Shown here: positions 56,193 to 64,000 of the stretch, piece by piece
Layout: each line of letters starts with the position of its first letter
How positions within the stretch are numbered: position 1 is the stretch's first letter
Assembly: GCA_951406725.2 (NCBI GenBank)
Contig: OX597816.1
Span: 34,596,001-34,660,000 of the forward strand
DNA from: Octopus vulgaris
Lineage: Eukaryota
Direction of reading: 5' to 3'
DNA length: 64,000 nt
The notes under the pieces: model-generated
Databases searched by the model: none
What the model was told of the DNA's origin: nothing
What the model saw: the letters and a program-made list of their open reading frames with translations, nothing else
Made by a program: the position numbers and the translations under genes

Positions 56193-56354
56193 TAGAGTTC
56201 CAATAAATACTGTATTATTATTGCTCTATTCAGTTTGGAGCTAAGAGGCAGCACACTGTGCGGCTTTGAGGCTTATATATATATATAATAATATCTATAT
56301 ATATATATATGTATATATATATAGATGTATATATATATATGTATATATATGTAT

Positions 56355-56425
<71 letters not shown>

Positions 56426-56919
56426 TCTATATATATATGCATGTATGTATATATATATATATACATTGCCGTTATTAATAAGGCAATAATAAGGTGACTA
56501 GCAAGTTCATACCGTTAGAGGCACAATATAAGTCAAATTTAGATTCAGTAAGGTGTATATATCCTACCACTTCCTAAAATCAGAGCCGATGCTCCAAAAA
56601 CCACAATAAACTCAGGATAAAGATACACACGAGGAATGCAATAAACATATGAGAATTAAGCTTACGTTCGCGTTGAACAAATCAGTAAGAAATATATATT
56701 TCAATATGAATTGATTTCACGCTTTGCATGACAAATATGCTCTGTGATCTTCAATTGCAAATAGCATTTTAACATCTATTTCTAAAATATTCACTACATT
56801 AGCTCGTGTGACTTCCTTAATTTAAATGCCCTGCTCCGTTTAACGATTTGTATTATATATCCTACTGAATCTACATATATTATCTACATTATATATCTAT
56901 ATATTATGCATGCATGTAT

Positions 56920-56963
<44 letters not shown>

Positions 56964-57005
56964 GGCGGTGCCGCAGCACGGCCACAGCTCGTGAGCTGAA
57001 GCTAG

Positions 57006-57045
<40 letters not shown>

Positions 57046-57056
57046 TATATGTATAT

Positions 57057-57125
<69 letters not shown>

Positions 57126-57148
57126 GTATGTATGTATATATACATAAT

Positions 57149-57484
57149 GTGAAGGCACGTGGCTCAGTGGTTAGAGCGTCGAGCTTACGATCGTGAGGTT
57201 GTGAGCTCGAATCCCGGACCGGGTTGCGTGTTGTGTTCTTGAGCAAGACACTTTATTTCACGTTACTCCAGTTCACTCAGCTGTAGAAATGAGTTGCGAC
57301 GTCACAGGTGCCAAGCTGTATCGGCCCTTGCCTTTCCCTTGGACAACGTCGGTGACGTAGAGAGGGGAGACCGGTATGCATGGGCGACTGCTGGTCTCCC
57401 ATAAAACTACCTTGCCCAGACTTGTGCCTCAGAGGGTAACTCTGTAGGTGCAAACCAATGGTCAGTGTCTGACTGAAGGGGGTC
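57149..57484 (+). mobile_element. Second tRNA-derived SINE family, full length
   Basis: Box A tggctcagtggttagagc and box B-like gagctcgaatccc, followed by gtgttcttgagcaagacactttatttc and ttcactcagctgtagaaatgag central blocks. Confidence 0.85.
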
Positions 57485-57510
57485 AAAACAAAATACATAA
57501 ATATATATTT

Positions 57511-57552
<42 letters not shown>

Positions 57553-57558
57553 GTATAT

Positions 57559-57602
<44 letters not shown>

Positions 57603-57629
57603 TTATGTATGTATATATACATATATATA

Positions 57630-57682
<53 letters not shown>

Positions 57683-58124
57683 TGAAATGGATAAATGAAT
57701 TATCTTGTTAAGGATTTTTCAAAATTTAACCGAAACCTGGGTAGCAAAAATCACAACAGAAAAAACACGGTTGAAGTTACGACCTTGGGGTGTAGCACGC
57801 ACATACACATATACAGGCACGCACACACATACATGAAGGTAGGGTCCCACACCTATATAAGATAGCCTTAATTCTTAAAACAATCCGAACATTAATTATA
57901 CAGAATATATTCACACCCTTTGGTTTTCAGTATTTCTCCCACTACAGGTCTGACCGCAGTCTGACCTTGATTTATTCCAACGGACTTTTTTCGTCGGCCT
58001 CCACCACTAACGCCCCTGACGTCAACGCACATTGAGAGACAGTTTTGTGCTTTCATGGGCTCCTAAGGAGCGTTTTGTTCGAATACCTTGCTGCGCATTT
58101 GTTTTGGATTTTTAAATTCCTGGT

Positions 58125-58208
58125 TTTTCCTGAAGAGAATGCTGCAAAATGGTCTCCTTATTCAATCCGAATTTGGAAATTTGCGGCCTTTGAAACATGT
58201 GTAGAAAA
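58125..58208 (+). ncRNA. Type I hammerhead ribozyme with long stem II
   Basis: UUUUC-CUGAAGA-GAAUGCUGCAAA..UUUGCGGCCUUU-GAAA-C-augu-G-U-A-GAAAA. Stem II has 11 of 12 pairs including G:U, and (TA)n follows at ~58261. Confidence 0.75.
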
Positions 58209-59402
58209 TAATAAGAGGAATTCTGTAGAATCTTCGTTCAGCTCCATTTCTTCCCTTCACTATATATATATATATATATCTACATATATCCATCTGTATA
58301 ATATGTGTATATGTATATGTTTGCGTTTATGTGTGCGTGTCTGTGTGTGTAAGTGTGTATTTGTGTTAATTCATTGCATGTGTGTGTGTCTTCGGATTTA
58401 AACTGGTCTTAGAGTCTCTGTTCCCTTGGCTGATGCGTACATTTTCTGTTTTCTTGTTTTCTTGCATCATATTGATTTTTCTCTTAAAAAATAATGCTTT
58501 TCTCTTAAAGCACAAATCTAGTTTCCATCATGAACTATAATCCGATTCTTATTTCAAATGTTGAAGTTATTTGTAAGTGTAAAAATCTTTGGCCACATAT
58601 CTGTTCATTCTATTGCACGGTCAATTTCAAGAGAAATTTTTATGCCTGTTGCTCACGAAGTTTCATGTTGATGGCGAAATAAGTATGTCGTAGGTTCTCA
58701 AATTGAACGTTATTTTCCAGATATACTGTAGATTATTTGGTATGCATGCGGTCAATATTTAAGAACATTTTTAAGAGACGTCTCTGTCTGATATGAGTAA
58801 GAAAATTATTGGTTTCGGGAGAATGGAGAATGAATGGTGACATGAATGAAATATAATTGTAATAAAAATGCAATGAAATAAATTATTATAAGCTATAGAG
58901 AAATAATTAGATACTTAAATTAATGAATTAGGGAGAATAGAGGCAGGCTAACACTTGCAAATTCATTAATTAAGGCCTTGACGAGTATATTCCACCGGCA
59001 TACTACCACGTTATTATTTGACTGTGTATACGCTTGAAGTACGCATTTAAAAATTTCTGTCCCTTTTATTGTATTTGACCAATTTCCAGGCTTATTTAAT
59101 GCATTCATTAATGTATATTGACACATAAAAACCAGTTTCTGCACACTTGCAGTGGATTCTGCTTCTCAGCAAGGCAATGGGGCTTTCCACTACACACATA
59201 CCAACATAGATGCATGCAGACATAAAACATATACATCTGTGTGCGCGTACGCAGTATATAAACTTGTACCTAAGACAGTACGTGATGTATCTGTACGTAA
59301 CTATGCAGATATGTGTGTACCATACATGTATATATATGTATATATGCATCAATATATTTATATATGTGTGTATGTATATATGTATATATATATATGTATA
59401 TA

Positions 59403-59483
<81 letters not shown>

Positions 59484-61135
59484 CACTTACGTATCTCTGA
59501 ATGTTTGCATGTATTTATATATACATACGTTTAGATTTCCTTAAATTATAAAGAGCATTCTATTTTCAATACACGTCTGTATCATTTTGCAACATAAACT
59601 AAATGCTTTCTGTCATTTCATTATATATTCATTAGGTGATCGACACATTTCTCTATATAATTCGATACACTTGACATTTATCTTCAAAGCAATATAATCC
59701 CTTTTTTATTACATTGTTATTCAATATGGATTTTATGCCATAAATTTGCTGCCATGCATTGATTCTTTGATTTAAAATCAAGTCATAACGGCTTGCAGGT
59801 TGTTCAACTTATTGAAAGTTATACTAAATTGATCTTTTGAAAAATGTACATTATGATACAACAGTTGTCTTTTATTGTTTTCTTCAAATGCTGTATTGCA
59901 TAAAGAGGTTTCATAATGTCGTTAGTGTGGAACAGAAGTGGTAGTAAATTACAAGTGAATGTACAAGTGAAATATTTTAGTGAATATGATTTTATTTTCA
60001 CATAGATTTCTCCAGCACATATCCAGCGTTGCACTCGAGTTACATGTCAACATTTTATAATGCAAATGTATCTCACATATTTATTTAATACACGGCGTTT
60101 AAACATAGGTTCCTAGCAACTATAACAGTAGCTATTCTACATGTAGTTGATATATAAACTGTCGTAAAGTTGGGAGTTGTTTCTTAAACGGAGATATATA
60201 CAACATTTACAAATATTTACATTTTACATATTTACTCTAGTATATAGATTCATATTGTAAATTAGACATGTTTCGTGTTTAATTTGCATTATGCTACAAT
60301 ATAAATAACGAAAAATACTAGCGAATATCATAATTTCTTCTTTAAGTTAACTACCACTTGAACAAGTATTGCTCTGACAATGATGCATTCAAATAATACT
60401 ATAAATATCATATATATACTATTTTATATTCTATATATAATCTATTGAAATAGGTTATGCAATATTCGTAATTTTTCTAGATAATATAATAGTGTTGCAT
60501 CTAGCCTCATCACATACTTTTCTCACATAATAGTTTTGGAGTTTTCATAATAGGTTTTCTATTTATATAATGAATAATTGTTTCTAGGTTTTGCTAACCA
60601 TTGCATCTCTTTTATGTTCTTGTCTACATACTGATCTAGAAATCAATGGTGATTTGTAAAATTTAACATTCATAAAAATAGAAATAATTTCGAAATAGAT
60701 TTAAATATTTAAAAAGGTTTATTAATACGTTTAGACGTAATATTTAGAAATTTCATCCTCTACTCACTACCGAAATAGAATATTATAGCAACCAATTCCG
60801 ATTGTGATTACAAATCTATTAATGTTAAAAGTATCATATTTCTTATTTTAATTCACATTCTGCAAAAATAGCATTGTTTACGAACTATATATTTTCTCAT
60901 TTTTCCCTTTCCGATCCTTTCATAATATCAGAATACAGCGCAGATCATTCTCTAAGTTCAACCTATTATTCCCCCGAACCTTTAGTCGACTCAGAAATTT
61001 ATGAGCACCGTCGTATGTCAACGCATATTTTTTCCTTTAGAGCGGTCATTAACACTATCCTTGTTCTTTGTGCCATAACGAACTTCCCAATAATGTATAA
61101 TTCACTTAATAGAGATAGTCCAAAATGTGACGAAC

Positions 61136-61265
61136 CCAAGCAACTTCTGTTTTTGAATGTAGGGTTTTTCTATTGAAATTTCTTCTCCAAAGTTTTTAGA
61201 GCCTATCCGATCTAAATGTTCAACCATCATGGTTTTAAGTGTCACACTCCGTTCACCGTAAATGA
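61136..61265 (-). pseudogene. Exon remnant of the RNF213-like locus (N-terminal region)
   Basis: Acceptor gcattttttag and donor g|gttcgt bound an open frame IYGERSVTLKTMMVEHLDRIGSKNFGEEISIEKPYIQKQKLL. Confidence 0.45.
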
Positions 61266-62572
61266 CTAAAAAATGCAATATATTAATGGTTGAATTTTAT
61301 GACAAAGTGATTAAAATCTTCCCATGCTTGTAGCGCAAATTCATGTTTCTTGAACAAGATCTCAGATTAAGATATAAATGTGATTATATCAGTTGTTGGA
61401 ACATTCTTTTGCAATATAATGTTTAATCCCAGTTAATATTTTGTGAAGTAATCAGAAAATAAATCACATTTATGGCAGAATTTTGTGTTTGAATTTTTTC
61501 ACCATTAAAGTTATTGCCAAATTGCGTTTAGTGAAGGTATTAATATTATTATAAGTCAATGCATTAAACACTTCTATTCAATAATATAATGTCATAATTG
61601 ATAGAAGAGTCCTTTAATATTACCCAACGTAATTGAAAGGAAAAGAAAAGTGCAAGATATTCAATGAAATCATTTCAATATTTGTTGTTTCATTTTCCTC
61701 TCAAACTATTTCTCGTTAAACTTGTAATCAACCATGTGGACAATAACTTCCCTGTGTTTAATTCCATGGGTAAATATTTTTTTTAATATTTCAAAGTTTT
61801 GCCAGGAATTTATTCCTTGATGTAAGATCTTCAATATCTAAGATTAATGCTAGATAGATATAATATTTAAAACGTTCATACACAATTGAAAAGTGACATT
61901 TTTTGTGTTTTATTTTAGCATTAACAACCAAGATGTAACTGATTTATGAGGTGAATTTTCTAAGAATAGCGTTATATACAAAATAAACGCAAAATGTCCA
62001 TAAAACATATAAATATCCTCATTCTTTTTCAATAATCACTGAGCTGCTTCAGGTCGTTTAACTTGTAAAGATTACAGATTTGTAACTTATAGAAACACAA
62101 GCATTGTTCACTACATTTTAAATAATAGAGTAATACATTTTAAAAAATTATCACTTTCGTGCAAATTCGACGTCATATCATGACATAAAAATTTGACATA
62201 ATATCGTCGGGTTCATTGATCCCAAATGATTTAATATCGTACTTTATAGATATTCCTCTTTGTTATTTTCCTATTTTACTAGTTTCAGTTAGAGGGTTGG
62301 TAACACATGCGAACCAATTTCTAGTGGTTTCGGGTCTATTTTCGGTACTGTTGTTGGTGAAGAAGCGATTTTGACGAAGGAGCTCTTCGTTGTGCCTGGT
62401 ATATAAGATAAAATGGGTTTAAAAATCCTGGGAAAGATATGAAGAAGGCACTCAGTATAGAGGAATAATATTAAATTTCCTGCCGGTAGATACCAGCAAA
62501 CGTATGTAGAATACAAAGCATAGGTAAATCTTTATGAATGACATGCAAATCCAAGGATATCCAACTATGTAA

Positions 62573-62607
<35 letters not shown>

Positions 62608-62686
62608 CACATACATACGTAGACACAGACACAGACACACGCACGCACACACACACACACACACATATATATATCTATATATATAC

Positions 62687-62732
<46 letters not shown>

Positions 62733-64000
62733 CAACACAAATCATATATAATCTATAAGAATGTCAAATAATATGGGCCCACTTACGTAATAATATCTGC
62801 AACTTAAAATGTTATTCCTTTCATCCCATACATCCTATTCTCTCCTGCATCATTTCTATCCATCTTTCATTCACTTTCTATTTGTTTATACCTCCATTAC
62901 TCCTTTAATTCTCCTTCTATCATCTTGCTCTTCTTTTATCGTCCTTTCACGTCAATTTCTAACGGTATTTTAAAATTACTAGCGTTTCCTATCCCTCTTT
63001 GTTTTTCATATTTATTATATATTATATATTATAGTATCTGATACCTATAAAATTACTTATTGATGAGCACCGTTGTTTATAATCTCCTCCCTGATGAGGT
63101 TGATGTATTTTTCCACATTATACTTCCTCTCAGATATATTTTAGTGTATTAGTTGAAGCATATGTCAGTGCAATTGTGGTATAAATGATTTAAATAACAA
63201 CTTGTGCGTTTGTGTCCATTTTCCATTATTCTTATGTTCTCTAAAACACGTCTCACTTCTCCTCGGAATTATCACTCATTACGTATTTCTTAGGTTCTTA
63301 TGTGACATTTGGTTACCCTATAACTGTTCCTCTGGATCTTGCCTTGTAAATTGAACATTTATATGCGTGTTTGTGTGCGTGTGTTTATGTGTGTGCCCTT
63401 ATGCTTATGTAACACTGTGGAAGTACATATATAGTAACTTCAAGGGGAGATTACTTTCTTTACTATTTCCTTCTTAAAATGAAAGTAGTGAGGATCTGAT
63501 TTAATGAATCTTTCTCTGTTTTGGGAACTTAAATTTGAACATTATTTATGACACAGAATGAGGACATCTAGATATAATTAGTCCAAATTTAAACAGTTGA
63601 GATTGATGTGGACAATCTGCCATTTTCCAATGAGAAAAACGCTTCTCACATTCTTAAAAAAAAGGAAATAGAAAACTCTTCTAAACTGAACTAAACACAA
63701 ATATTCATATTTCATTAACTTCTGACATTGTATGACATTTTTATTTGATGGAGGACATTTCTAATGGTTTCTGCTTAACAACTATATATAAGGGGGAGAG
63801 TGGGAGAGCGGGAGAGAGAGGGAGAGAGCGAGAGAGGGAAGGATAGAGGTAGAGGGAGATAGAGAGTTTATGTCTTTGAAAAAGAGGAAAATATATAGAT
63901 AAAAATTTATGTATATGATCTTGTTGCGTCACCTTTATCAGTTCATTTGTATGAATTTAGAAAGAGATGCATAGCTCATCGACGAGTGGTTCTATTGGAA

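Noticed and set aside
57154-57225. tRNA gene
   Set aside because: The tRNA-like head runs directly into a SINE body that recurs at 2461-2746, and there is no clean cloverleaf or terminator.
63091-63130. CUGAUGAG as a hammerhead core
   Set aside because: No stem II, GAAA or stem I partner follows.

Overview
AT-rich, microsatellite-dense eukaryotic DNA. The SINE, LINE and MITE content is typical of a coleoid cephalopod (Octopus-like); this is an inference. No intact protein-coding gene is supported, and the ORF track is mostly microsatellite or repeat noise. There are two main signals. (1) Short decayed exon-like segments from about 63.6 kb down to about 2 kb on the minus strand translate, with stops and frameshifts, into peptides that follow the motif order of the giant AAA+/E3 ligase RNF213 (mysterin). 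One block of about 2.5-4 kb (22.6-25.0 kb) reads on the plus strand, suggesting an old RNF213-like pseudogene with an internal inversion. The matches were made by eye against remembered motifs and need tblastn/GeneWise. (2) Several (TA)n-anchored Penelope-like/retrozyme-like elements carry minimal type I hammerhead ribozymes with palindromic stem III. These include a G3:C8 core-swap variant, perfect fold-backs and tandem units of about 0.55-0.7 kb. Also present are tRNA-derived SINEs (including tandem arrays in inverted orientation), R4/Dong-type RLE LINE remnants nested in (TAA)n, mariner and maT-like transposase relics, a piggyBac-type MITE and Helitron-like elements.
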